This document shows positions 1 to 9,005 of a stretch of 57,002 bases of DNA, one piece after another. Under the pieces are notes generated by a model. It was not told the origin of the DNA. It made no database searches and worked only from the letters and a program-made list of their open reading frames with translations. The DNA is from a virus (Duplodnaviria > Caudoviricetes), in IMG/VR virus record IMGVR_UViG_3300018080_000211, positions 1 to 57,002 of that record. One strand, written 5' to 3'. Position numbers and translations under genes: made by a program. Every line of letters begins with the position of its first letter. The stretch's first letter is position 1.

Positions 1-123
1 AATCGGTTAATCTGGTAAAACTGAAAGTGCACTATATCGGAGATATAGGTTGTGGGAGCTGCCAACCGCTCCCAGCGACCTTCTGGAAGGTTAATCTGGA
101 AGTGCCGTGCTCGTGCTGTAGGA
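1..123. repeat. Terminal direct repeat, copy 1 (identical to 56880-57002); circular or complete genome
   Basis: AATCGGTTAATCTGG...GCTGTAGGA is identical at both ends; may be an assembly overlap. Confidence 0.95.
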
Positions 124-771
124 ATGAAATGGGGTGGGGTGCATCGTTGTCTGCAAATATCTCGGTGTGTCCATTCCATTCCGCTCGGGAAATCTATCAG
201 ACAAACATTGCTGTCAGGGTGGCGCTGTATCTGGCACAATCCTTCAATCCATAGACAAAGCTATCTGTGGTGTGGCGAGGTAATCATTGGTGTTGTAGTT
301 GAGGGAATGAATTGTTGAATGTTGGTGTGGTGTAGTCGTGAGAAGGAAGGGCACGCTTGGGATGATGACAGAGAGAGGAAGAGCGAGAGTGAGAGAGCGA
401 GAGCGAGAGGCAGCGCTTGATTTGTTGCTGCAAAGCTCGAAGGATTAATTGATTGCAGGCTTGGTGTGGGTTGTGGGTGTGTGATGTATCGAAGAGGAGA
501 GAAGCGAAGAGGAGAATGACAGCAGCAATGGACAAGTGAAAGACAACAACGACAGAGCAGCTTCGCACTCGAGCTTCGAGGAGCGATGAGATGATTGACT
601 CGAGGAGAATGACAGGTGGTGTGTGTGGGGTGGGGAGATGGGCGATTGCGCTGGACAAAAGGCAGCGGCAGTAGGGTGGCCAGTTCAATCGTATAGCATT
701 TTTTCACCCATGCATTCTTATCTGACACACCAACACCACACGGCAGCTCCTCTTATGGATAGACTTATTCA

Positions 772-808
772 AAAATAAAAAGATGGGGCAGCTCGGAAGC
801 CACCCCAA
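772..808 (-). terminator. Hairpin plus U-tract ending the minus-strand early operon
   Basis: Minus strand TGGGGTGGCTTCCGAGCTGCCCCA followed by TCTTTTTATTTTT. Confidence 0.6.
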
Positions 809-843
809 TGGTGTGAAACCATTTCATCGTGAGCGAGGTGTGT

Positions 844-978
844 TCATTCAACGATGATAGGGCACTTGTCCTTTCGGCACTCTCCACTCTCATTCATTTT
901 GTGGTAGCAAAGCTTGCCCTTCCTCGAGGGACAAACCCACCGTGAAACTTCGAGTCGCACATACCATAGCTTGCTCAT
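844..978 (-). CDS. Small Cys/His-rich protein (44 aa, not in ORF track)
   Basis: MSKLWYVRLEVSRWVCPSRKGKLCYHKMNESGECRKDKCPIIVE; ATGA overlap with the stop of the upstream gene. Confidence 0.55.
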   Translation of the reverse strand: MSKLWYVRLEVSRWVCPSRKGKLCYHKMNESGECRKDKCPIIVE

Positions 979-1283
979 CCAGCCACCGTCCAAGCAGGTC
1001 TTTGCCAGACACATACATGCAGGTCGGGCAGGTATTCATAGCCTTGCGACAACAGAAGCTCGAGCGAGGGAAGGCTTGGTGAAATTATTATGACAGCCTT
1101 GACACCTTCCTTCAGCTTCTCTCCCGAGAGCGCCTTAAAGTGTCCCTTCCCTCGATACTCTGGCTTAATTGTGGCAAAACCCACTGTCCTGACGCCATTA
1201 CGGTCAAAGTAATAGCCTTCATACATCTCTCCGAAGTCGGACATTGGGCGCTCCCTCTCGAAATCCCAAAAGTCATCGTTCAT
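975..1283 (-). CDS. Small GNAT-like protein
   Basis: IKPEYRGKGHF resembles GNAT acetyl-CoA-binding motif A. Confidence 0.45.
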   Translation of the reverse strand: MNDDFWDFERERPMSDFGEMYEGYYFDRNGVRTVGFATIKPEYRGKGHFKALSGEKLKEGVKAVIIISPSLPSLELLLSQGYEYLPDLHVCVWQRPAWTVAG

Positions 1284-1542
1284 GCTTCACCTTCCTCGCT
1301 TCATCTATCTCGCAACCGCAGTGTCCAGCAAACTTCATGCAGTGAAGACAAAGCAGCCTTCCGCAGATGCAATCTCTGTTTGTCCAATCACCGCAGCGAG
1401 AGCACCTGCCGACCTTCTCACCCTCTTGCTTCAGCCTGCGACCTGTTCCACCGCATGCCTGACACTGCGCATCGCCACTCACTCGAATGATAAAGCCCAT
1501 CCCCTCGCAGTCAGGACACCTTATCCAGACCTTCCTTGCCAT
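1273..1542 (-). CDS. DnaJ-type zinc-finger protein
   Basis: CPDCEGMG and CQACGGTG (CxxCxGxG) plus further Cys pairs. Confidence 0.65.
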   Translation of the reverse strand: MARKVWIRCPDCEGMGFIIRVSGDAQCQACGGTGRRLKQEGEKVGRCSRCGDWTNRDCICGRLLCLHCMKFAGHCGCEIDEARKVKHER

Positions 1543-2174
1543 CAGGCATCACCATCCTGCTTAATCCGAATGCCAATGCACTTCCTATCTTCCTTCAGGT
1601 CTTGATAGCGCTCATATCTCCCTTCCTTCAGGAGCTTCTTGACGGCATAGTGCACGACTCCACTGCTTGCCCTCGCTTCTGCCTGTATCCTGACCAGCAG
1701 GATGCCTTCAGGCTTCTCCTTGAGCGCTCGGTCAATGAATTTCATCACTCGCTCGGTCGCACCCTTGTCCCATTCGCTCGAGGGAGTCGGAGTTTTGTGA
1801 TGCGGTGCTTTCGGTCTGTAAGGTCGAGGAAGGTTGAGGATTTCAAGCTGGCTATCTGACACAAGGAATTCATTGCCGCACTCGGTGCACTTCATCACAT
1901 GTTTCCCTTCGTGCTCACCGCCATTCCTCGCTCCCTTGTTTCCACAGCTTGGGCACTCGAGTGGATAGATATACTGGTCAGGCCTGTCAGATGTGCCTTT
2001 CGTGGCCACTTCTGGTGGATTTCCTGCCAGTATCTTCGTCAGCGTGTCCCTCTCTGCCTTCAGCTTTGTATGTCTGTCAGCGAGGATGGATATTGCATTG
2101 GACAGGCCTGCCAGCTCTCCCTCGATTGCTTTCAATCTCTCCGCACAGAACACTCTCGCAAGCTCTTCACTCAT
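1542..2174 (-). CDS. Coiled-coil + Zn-ribbon + HTH-like protein, putative regulator (start likely MSEELARV)
   Basis: CPSCG...CTECG; C-terminal ASSGVVHYAVKKLLKEG is HTH-like. Confidence 0.55.
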   Translation of the reverse strand: MSEELARVFCAERLKAIEGELAGLSNAISILADRHTKLKAERDTLTKILAGNPPEVATKGTSDRPDQYIYPLECPSCGNKGARNGGEHEGKHVMKCTECGNEFLVSDSQLEILNLPRPYRPKAPHHKTPTPSSEWDKGATERVMKFIDRALKEKPEGILLVRIQAEARASSGVVHYAVKKLLKEGRYERYQDLKEDRKCIGIRIKQDGDA

Positions 2175-2436
2175 TTGAACCACCCATCCGCTCGACTCTC
2201 GCTGGTATGACCTTCGTGATGTTACAGTGGTCACAGCACTTGCCTTCCCTCGCCAGTGGGTCAGGATTATTGCCATGGCCATAGATGTATGCACCACAGA
2301 GCACGCAATACAATGCGTCATCTGCTCTTCGCTCTGCCGCAGCTTCGCAAGAAGCTCCACCCTCGCAGCCTATTCGACCGCAGGTGCGGCAACGCTCCTC
2401 GCTCACGTGGTAATATCCATCATTGTCATAGCTCAT
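2167..2436 (-). CDS. Cys-rich hypothetical protein
   Basis: CVLCG...GNNPDP...CCDHCN; overlaps neighbouring genes in operon style. Confidence 0.6.
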   Translation of the reverse strand: MSYDNDGYYHVSEERCRTCGRIGCEGGASCEAAAERRADDALYCVLCGAYIYGHGNNPDPLAREGKCCDHCNITKVIPARVERMGGSNE

Positions 2437-2633
2437 TCGACCACCACCACATCGGCCAGAATGCTCTCCAGCACTTCGTTTGGTTCACTGTCGGCAATGG
2501 GCATCTCCTCGACAACGATGCGCTCCAACTCCTTCTCCCAGCACCCTGTACAGTAGCCATCACCCTCGATGTAGAACACTTTGTTTGGATGAGGGCACTG
2601 TACAATCTCGGTGAAATAAGGGTTGTAGCTCAT
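2433..2633 (-). CDS. Small hypothetical protein (likely start MSYNPYF)
   Basis: ATGA overlaps at both ends; CPHP and CTGC motifs. Confidence 0.55.
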   Translation of the reverse strand: MSYNPYFTEIVQCPHPNKVFYIEGDGYCTGCWEKELERIVVEEMPIADSEPNEVLESILADVVVVE

Positions 2634-2959
2634 TCGACCACCTTGCCTTTGAGGTAATCCACTGGAGCAATCCATCCTTCAGGAGCTTGTTCAATCGACA
2701 CGAGTGTTTCGATGTTGACCACTTGACCAGTGCCCACTTGAGCAAGGAAGGTTATCATTTGCTCAAAGTAGGGATACCAATCTGGGCGCTTCTCGGTCAG
2801 CCATATGCCATAGGCAATCGCTCTGGCTCTCTCGGGATGGATGCCCCAACCCATCTGGCACTCGAGTGATGCCAGCTTCTCGAGAGCTTCCTTTGGGTCA
2901 TCGATTTCCTTGAGGGAGTCGAACATCAGTTGAGCTTCAATAACCAGTGTGTTGCTCAT
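2630..2959 (-). CDS. Hypothetical protein
   Basis: GAGGTGAG RBS and overlapping start/stop. Confidence 0.65.
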   Translation of the reverse strand: MSNTLVIEAQLMFDSLKEIDDPKEALEKLASLECQMGWGIHPERARAIAYGIWLTEKRPDWYPYFEQMITFLAQVGTGQVVNIETLVSIEQAPEGWIAPVDYLKGKVVE

Positions 2960-3504
2960 TCACTCACCTCACTGTCGATGGTTGCATAGACTTCAGCCAA
3001 CACATCGTATGGCATCAAGTCTTGAAGGCCAAACTTCTCGTGGCGCTCGGTCAGGAGCTTCGTGATGAGTGCTTTCAGGATTGGGCAATGCTCAAATCCC
3101 TTCTTGCGTGCCTTCCGCTCCTCGTTGAACAGTTGACTCCACATCGAGTGCTCAAAATCCTCGATGGCTTTGGTGGTGGCGTCATCCTCTTCCTTCTGAA
3201 GCTCCTCTTCCTCAACGATTTCCCACTTTCCACCCAGCTCCTCGACAAGCTCCTTGAGGTCATCGAAGAGTTGAGTGCGCTCTTTGGCGGTGATGACCAG
3301 CTCGGAGTGAACGGTGAGGCCATCGTCATCCTTTGTGAAGAAGCCTTGAACCATCGTGCCTTCGGTTTGCCAGAGGAAGAGCTGATTGGTATGGAGCGCT
3401 CCTTGATTGAACTTCAGACCGTATGCCTTGTACACCTTCTTGATTTTGTCTTTGTTGTTGCTGTACAGTTGGTCTGGCAAGATTGCCTTCTCACGCACCT
3501 TCAT
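2956..3504 (-). CDS. Hypothetical protein (likely start MKVREK)
   Basis: GAGGTG RBS; coding-like composition. Confidence 0.65.
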   Translation of the reverse strand: MKVREKAILPDQLYSNNKDKIKKVYKAYGLKFNQGALHTNQLFLWQTEGTMVQGFFTKDDDGLTVHSELVITAKERTQLFDDLKELVEELGGKWEIVEEEELQKEEDDATTKAIEDFEHSMWSQLFNEERKARKKGFEHCPILKALITKLLTERHEKFGLQDLMPYDVLAEVYATIDSEVSE

Positions 3505-4405
3505 TGTAGCACCTCTCTGCAAGCACCTCGAGTGCGGTGATGACATCATCGTATGCCATTGCTTCATTCTGTATCAGCTTCAGCGCTTTCGGTTTGAAGG
3601 CTTCCCAGCCAAATTGATGCCTTGTGGTCGCATAGCCACCATCTGGATAGGTATGCTTGGTCACACGGCAATACACGACCTCTGCATTGATTAGCCTTCC
3701 CCTGCCATAGCAATCAGGGCATGGCATCATTTCAGGCATCATTCCTGTTTCGTGGTAGAGTGGGTTGTCATCTCGCTCGATGACCTGCCCTGTCCCATTG
3801 CAAATCGGACAAGGGTGTTCAGGGACATCAGCGTGGCAGCTCGGGCAACCGAGCAATCCGTCAGCGACCTGCTCCAAGCTTGCCATAGCGCAGAATGGGC
3901 AGGCATCTCCGACCTTGTTCACTGCCTTGGCTTCTGGCTTTGGTTGGGATGGGTACACACACCCCAAATCAATGAGAAGCATGTGCAACATCTCTGGCTC
4001 GGGAGTGCCGATTGTCAAAATCAGCTGCTCACCGTCAAGCTCGTGGCTCACCTTCGTGTCCTTGTGGAGCATCCCAGCTTCCTTCCGAGCGAGGATTTCA
4101 AGGTGAAGGTCTTGACTTCTCTCTTCGGTCGGTCTGACCACGAACACATCACCCTCTCTCCTGACGAGAGCGGTGGGCACTCGCTTGCCTCTCATTCGGT
4201 CGATGGCGCTGTCCAGACCGCTCCAGATGTCCTTCCACGGTCGCATCAGTATTCCATCCTTTGTCCAAGCAACCAATCCTTCCTCGCTCGTGGTGAAGTA
4301 GATTTTGTCATCTCCATCACCTGTAGCTCCGATGGAGTTGAGGAAGGGCACTTTGAACTTCCCATCCTCATACTTCTCGACAACCTGCCAATTCATCTGT
4401 CCCAC
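3491..4405 (-). CDS. Protein with Zn ribbon and DnaJ-type zinc finger
   Basis: CPFC..CPSC, CPICNGTG, CPDCYGRG. Confidence 0.7.
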   Translation of the reverse strand: MGQMNWQVVEKYEDGKFKVPFLNSIGATGDGDDKIYFTTSEEGLVAWTKDGILMRPWKDIWSGLDSAIDRMRGKRVPTALVRREGDVFVVRPTEERSQDLHLEILARKEAGMLHKDTKVSHELDGEQLILTIGTPEPEMLHMLLIDLGCVYPSQPKPEAKAVNKVGDACPFCAMASLEQVADGLLGCPSCHADVPEHPCPICNGTGQVIERDDNPLYHETGMMPEMMPCPDCYGRGRLINAEVVYCRVTKHTYPDGGYATTRHQFGWEAFKPKALKLIQNEAMAYDDVITALEVLAERCYNEGA

Positions 4406-5307
4406 CCCTTTGGACTGTAGATGTCAAGCACTTTGTCCACATGCTCTGTCCTGATGCGCTTGACCTCGACAAACCAAGCCTGCTCATCGAGTTTGGCCTG
4501 CCAAATCCAATCTGCGACCTCGAGCGCCTTGCCCTTTTTGGTGTAGTCCACAATGGCGCAGCTCTCATCTCCCTTCAGGCGCACATGCCCTTTCGGGAAG
4601 TATGTGTTCATTAGCAGGACATCAGTCAGCTCTTCCTTCATTCCGAGCTTCTGAAGGCAGCGCTTGCAATTGACCTGCTCCTTGACATTGGTCTCATGGA
4701 TGTAGTTGCCTGTTGTGTAGGTCGTGCCGCACCACAGCTGGCCATAGCCATTGCCACCCTCTCCGCACCAGTGGAAGATTGGAATGTCAGCTTCATTCCT
4801 GTACTTGTTCGCATACTCGAGGAAGTCAGGCAGCTTGTCGTCAGCGTTGACGGGCAGCACCCAACCAACAACCACCGACTTCTCCCTGACCTCGAGCACC
4901 TGAAGGTTGTACTCGGAAATCCACTTGCGGTCATCCTTCCGCTCGAATGTGTCACCCCAAAACTCGAATGGCGCAGACTCGCTCACATTCGCCCACTCAT
5001 TGACTCGAGTGGTCTTGAAGTGCACCTTTGAGCCAACATCTGGGATGGCCTTCTGGCGCTCCTTGTCGCAGCAGTCCACCATCACCTTCAGCTCCTCTCG
5101 AGCTTCGCCATTGACCTCGACTTCCTCGAGCAGTAAGAAGTATTTCATGTGGCTCTCGGTCTGGTCATATCCGAAGCTCTGCGTGTAGGTCTTGATGCGA
5201 CCGATTTGCTTGGCTATTCCAACGACATCATTCTTGTAGCTGCCGTGGTTCCAATTCTTGTCGTTGTCGCTGTAGGTGGCATCCATGTCCTTCTTGTGCT
5301 TCCTCAC
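4393..5307 (-). CDS. Hypothetical early protein
   Basis: 304-aa ORF in a tightly packed operon; H-x-C...C...CKRC. Confidence 0.7.
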   Translation of the reverse strand: MRKHKKDMDATYSDNDKNWNHGSYKNDVVGIAKQIGRIKTYTQSFGYDQTESHMKYFLLLEEVEVNGEAREELKVMVDCCDKERQKAIPDVGSKVHFKTTRVNEWANVSESAPFEFWGDTFERKDDRKWISEYNLQVLEVREKSVVVGWVLPVNADDKLPDFLEYANKYRNEADIPIFHWCGEGGNGYGQLWCGTTYTTGNYIHETNVKEQVNCKRCLQKLGMKEELTDVLLMNTYFPKGHVRLKGDESCAIVDYTKKGKALEVADWIWQAKLDEQAWFVEVKRIRTEHVDKVLDIYSPKGWDR

Positions 5308-5441
5308 GCAACCACCTCATCTGCTGAATATCCGCAAGGGCATCGGACATGAACGATGTGTCCATCTTCCTCGAAGCTCTCGCTGACCTGTGCTGTGTCC
5401 TTCTTGCACTTGGGGCAAGTGATGTTCGATGCTCTGGGCAT

Positions 5442-5672
5442 TTACAACACCTCTCCCAAGCGCTCTTTTGACTGCTCGATTTCCTCGATGACCTCACGGA
5501 TAAGGTCAGCTTCCTCTTGCAGCTGCTCGCTCACCTGATTGCCACTCTCGAAGTAATCTTCAATGTTGGCAATCCTCTCTTCCAAGCTCTCGGCAAGCTC
5601 TTCAAGAGCCACCAAGTGCTTGGCTATTCCTTCATCGACTTGCGTCAATATTTTTCTATCTTCGTTGTTCAT
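5442..5672 (-). CDS. Small acidic coiled-coil protein
   Basis: GCGAGGTGTGAAAC RBS; heptad-like E/L pattern; first gene after an AT-rich promoter region. Confidence 0.7.
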   Translation of the reverse strand: MNNEDRKILTQVDEGIAKHLVALEELAESLEERIANIEDYFESGNQVSEQLQEEADLIREVIEEIEQSKERLGEVL

Positions 5673-5699
5673 GTTTCACACCTCGCAGGGAAATATCCC

Positions 5700-6040
5700 T
5701 GTCAACCATTAAGGTTGTTAGGGCATATAAATATTTCCTTGTACAATAATTCTCATCCTTCGATTTTATTATGTCCAACAAATAATTAACTCGAGCTGAT
5801 AGCCATGAAATTATATTTCTGTCAGGATAATATTTTTTCCGTGCCATTTTCCAGAATATGTGTGAATAAATATTTCTGTCAGAATAATAATTTTTTTTAG
5901 CCACAAAATTTGCCCTACTCAACGATTGGAGCCAACAGAGTATTAGCGTACAGCTGAACACAAAGCGTGGCAGAAAGTGGCTTTTTGGCCACTCTCCTGT
6001 TGGATGATTTTTATCTGTCAGGGAAAAAATAAAAGTGCCC
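5700..6040. promoter_or_regulatory. AT-rich intergenic region with repeated TCTGTCAG operator-like motifs
   Basis: ATATTTCTGTCAG(G/A)ATAATA at 5813 and 5870; TATCTGTCAGGGAAAAAAT at 6012. Confidence 0.6.
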
Positions 6041-6081
6041 TTCCTTGTGAAAGGGCAGTGGGAAGAGGTCATTTTCATCTG

Positions 6082-6369
6082 TCAATCCTCACCAAGCTCG
6101 ATGACTTCATCATCACTGGATTTGGGTGCAGATTTTGGAGTGGGCTTGGCCTTCGATTTTTTGGGCTTGTCATCCAGCATGTCGGAGCAACCGTCACAAA
6201 AGATTTCCCGACCTGAACCTTGCCATCCATGTCTTGTCTTTGCTTTCATCACCGCATCCTTCCTGTCAAGCTCGGCAGGGAAGATGAGTGTGCCTTTGCA
6301 TCTTGCGCAGCTGATGGAATAGACCAGCTGACCTTCCTTTATCGCAACTCCTGCTCTCATAGGGTTCAC
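6082..6369 (-). CDS. Zn-finger protein with IELGED tail
   Basis: CARC...CDGC; ends DDEVIELGED. Confidence 0.7.
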   Translation of the reverse strand: MNPMRAGVAIKEGQLVYSISCARCKGTLIFPAELDRKDAVMKAKTRHGWQGSGREIFCDGCSDMLDDKPKKSKAKPTPKSAPKSSDDEVIELGED

Positions 6370-6474
6370 ACCTCACTGAAGGGAGATTTCTTTAAAATCT
6401 TAAATACCTTTCTGGCTTCCGAACACGACCAAGTTGCATAACATTCATGTAGTTCACCGAGAATATCGGAAGCG

Positions 6475-6684
6475 ATGAGTTCAGATGCAGAAGTTCAGCC
6501 GAAGCCTGCAATCATAGTCAAGCCTGATGCGGAGAAGCAGCAGGTGAGTGTTTCTGTCGATACAGATGGCGATGGAAAGCCTGATTTTGAGAAGAGCTTC
6601 ACTGTGAAAGACCCAAGGGTTTGGGCAGCCATAGGCTGGATACTTGCTGGTATATCGATTGCCAAGAATTTGGGCATATGGTAA
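6475..6684 (+). CDS. Small membrane protein
   Basis: DTDGDG motif and C-terminal hydrophobic helix VWAAIGWILAGISIA. Confidence 0.6.
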   Translation: MSSDAEVQPKPAIIVKPDAEKQQVSVSVDTDGDGKPDFEKSFTVKDPRVWAAIGWILAGISIAKNLGIW

Positions 6685-6886
6685 TCAAATCATTTCACGA
6701 TTGCCTCCCCCCTTTTTTTTATTTTGACAGAGCGATAGATTTCATTTAAGATTTCGAGGATTTTAAACAAAAACTTGGGGAAGATTTTTATACAACGCTT
6801 ACGATTTTAAGGTTGTCGAGTTTTGCCGATGCGAACAAGACACTCCTGCTGGAGCGGTCTGACCAACCGCTCCGCTCATTTAATCG

Positions 6887-7399
6887 GTGAAGATGATGGA
6901 TGAACAAGAGAGGGCAGACAAATGCCCAATATGTGAAGAGCCACACGGAATAGGTCGAGCGGAAGATTGTCCAACTGACCTCTGTAATCAGTGCGCTCTC
7001 AATCGCTTTTATCTCGATGACGACAGGGAAGTGCGCTTCAGGAAGGAAGTGGAAGTGCGCATATCCAAGCTCAAAGAATTATTCAAGGATGACTATGACG
7101 ACACGCTCCATCGCAAGATGGTTGAGCAAATGGTGCGTTGCGAGATTGCGATTGACCGCTATGACCAACTGATACAGAATGACAACGAAGCTCCTCAAAC
7201 TGCCGAGCTTCTGAAGTCAGAAAGGCAACAGTGGAACAAGCTTGCAGACAAGCTGAACATGACCATCGCCAAGCTCCGTGGAGATACAAAGAAGGTGGAG
7301 CACGACTTCACTAATGACTTCAGGGAGTATCTCAAGAGGATTATGATTGATGGGGATGGCAATGGACAAGGACAAGAGCAAGAAGAGTCAGAAGAGTGA
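6887..7399 (+). CDS. Probable terminase small subunit
   Basis: Helical 170-aa protein directly upstream of TerL; N-terminal CxxC. Confidence 0.55.
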   Translation: MKMMDEQERADKCPICEEPHGIGRAEDCPTDLCNQCALNRFYLDDDREVRFRKEVEVRISKLKELFKDDYDDTLHRKMVEQMVRCEIAIDRYDQLIQNDNEAPQTAELLKSERQQWNKLADKLNMTIAKLRGDTKKVEHDFTNDFREYLKRIMIDGDGNGQGQEQEESEE

Positions 7400-7485
7400 T
7401 AAGCGCTCTGTACCACTGACCGAGTATCTTCAGCTGACCAAAGGGCAATCCATCTCTCGAGGAATGAAAGCGAGGAAGCAAAAGA

Positions 7486-8913
7486 ATGAAGATGACAACC
7501 GATGAATTTATTGAGCGCTGCGCTGACGATGTTCCCTTTTTTGCCCATCATATTCTGTACAATCAGAAGCGAGAGCTGACGCCAAAGCAGGTCGAATTGA
7601 TTGAAGCGCTTCGGAAGTATCCGCACGTGGCTGCGATATTCAACCGTCAGGGTGGCAAGACCGAAGCCTTGGCTGTGTATGACACTCATGAGCTTTGCTT
7701 TGGGAAGGCAAAGGATGGCGAGGCAGACCACACCATCATATATGCTCCAATCCTTGACCAGACACAAATTATCATGTCCCGCATCCATCAATTTCTGAAT
7801 ATCCCTATCCTGCGAGGATTTGTCAAGGATAAATTCAAGTTCACCATAGAGATGAACAATGGCAACACTATTACGGCAAAGTCTGCATCAGAGCAATCGC
7901 ATGTCAGAGGACATAGCCCAACGAAGATACAAATTGACGAAACACAAGACATCAGCGACCGAGTTTATTTTGATGACATTCTCCCGAGCGGAGCAGCGAC
8001 AGGTGCAAGAGTTCAGGAAACAGGAACACCAAAAGGTAGAAATCATTTTTACAACTTGTACAGAATGAAGGACAAGACCGTGAAGATTGTGACACAAACT
8101 TGGGAAGAGTGCCCTTTCATCGACAAAGAATTTGTGAAGCGAAGGAAGGCCAGAATGCCCAGAGATAAATTCAATGCTGAATTCATGTGTATCTTCCTCA
8201 CTGAAACCAGTGTAGCCTTCTCGACAAATATGCTTGAGAAGATAATCACACTTGACCCAGAGGGAGCAGGAGTGCCAGATATGAGCACATTCTATCTCGG
8301 TGGGGACATCGCCAAGCAGGATGAGTCGGTGTTTGTAATCCTTGGCCATAATCCTGCCGACAATAAGCTGTATCAGGTCGATATGAAGCGCATGTCTGCC
8401 TTCCGCTCTTACAAGCTCGTGTTCAACGAGATTATTGACCTTTGCGATGAATACAGGATTGCCTATGGCCTCATTGATATGACAGGAGTGGGTGAAGGCA
8501 TAGTCGATATGCTTCCACCAGACCTTCCACTTGATGGCGTGTTCCAATCCAACGAGGAGAAGGAAGCCATGGTTGAGGAATTTATCAAGCTCGGAGAGGG
8601 AGAAGCAGAAGAGGGATTTGACCCACAAATCCAACTATGGAAGGATTACGATTTGAAGCAGCAATTCTATGAGTGGGAAGCCAAGAAGCTCAAGAGCGGA
8701 AAAACACGATACCATCATCCAACTGGTGGCCACGATGACATTGTTATGGCAGTGCTTGCTGCATGTAAAGCTTTCAAGGATGACACAGATATAGTTGATT
8801 ATGGGGATGGCGTCAGTGCAAGAGCTGCGGATTACAGGAGAGCCAGTGATGTTCTTGCCAGCCGAAATCCCTTAAAAATCTTAAACACTGAAAATCCTCT
8901 CGACAGGTTGTAG
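7486..8913 (+). CDS. terL: Terminase large subunit
   Basis: Walker A NRQGGKT, Walker B IQIDE, coupling motif GTPKG, nuclease GGDIA and HDDIVMA. Confidence 0.95.
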   Translation: MKMTTDEFIERCADDVPFFAHHILYNQKRELTPKQVELIEALRKYPHVAAIFNRQGGKTEALAVYDTHELCFGKAKDGEADHTIIYAPILDQTQIIMSRIHQFLNIPILRGFVKDKFKFTIEMNNGNTITAKSASEQSHVRGHSPTKIQIDETQDISDRVYFDDILPSGAATGARVQETGTPKGRNHFYNLYRMKDKTVKIVTQTWEECPFIDKEFVKRRKARMPRDKFNAEFMCIFLTETSVAFSTNMLEKIITLDPEGAGVPDMSTFYLGGDIAKQDESVFVILGHNPADNKLYQVDMKRMSAFRSYKLVFNEIIDLCDEYRIAYGLIDMTGVGEGIVDMLPPDLPLDGVFQSNEEKEAMVEEFIKLGEGEAEEGFDPQIQLWKDYDLKQQFYEWEAKKLKSGKTRYHHPTGGHDDIVMAVLAACKAFKDDTDIVDYGDGVSARAADYRRASDVLASRNPLKILNTENPLDRL

Positions 8914-9005
8914 AATTATATATAATTCTATCGTGCGATAATCTTATATTTGAAGATGCATAACATTTATATATTTATGCCGATATTTAACCGATAGGAT
9001 TTGGG

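Noticed and set aside
27-728. ORFs 27-254, 52-318, 261-728 and 284-688
   Set aside because: They are low-complexity translations of simple repeats, without the RBS used elsewhere in the genome.
5656-6078. 140-aa ORF with a repeated KxYYxDRNI peptide
   Set aside because: The peptide repeat is a translation of the DNA operator-like repeat in an AT-rich intergenic region.
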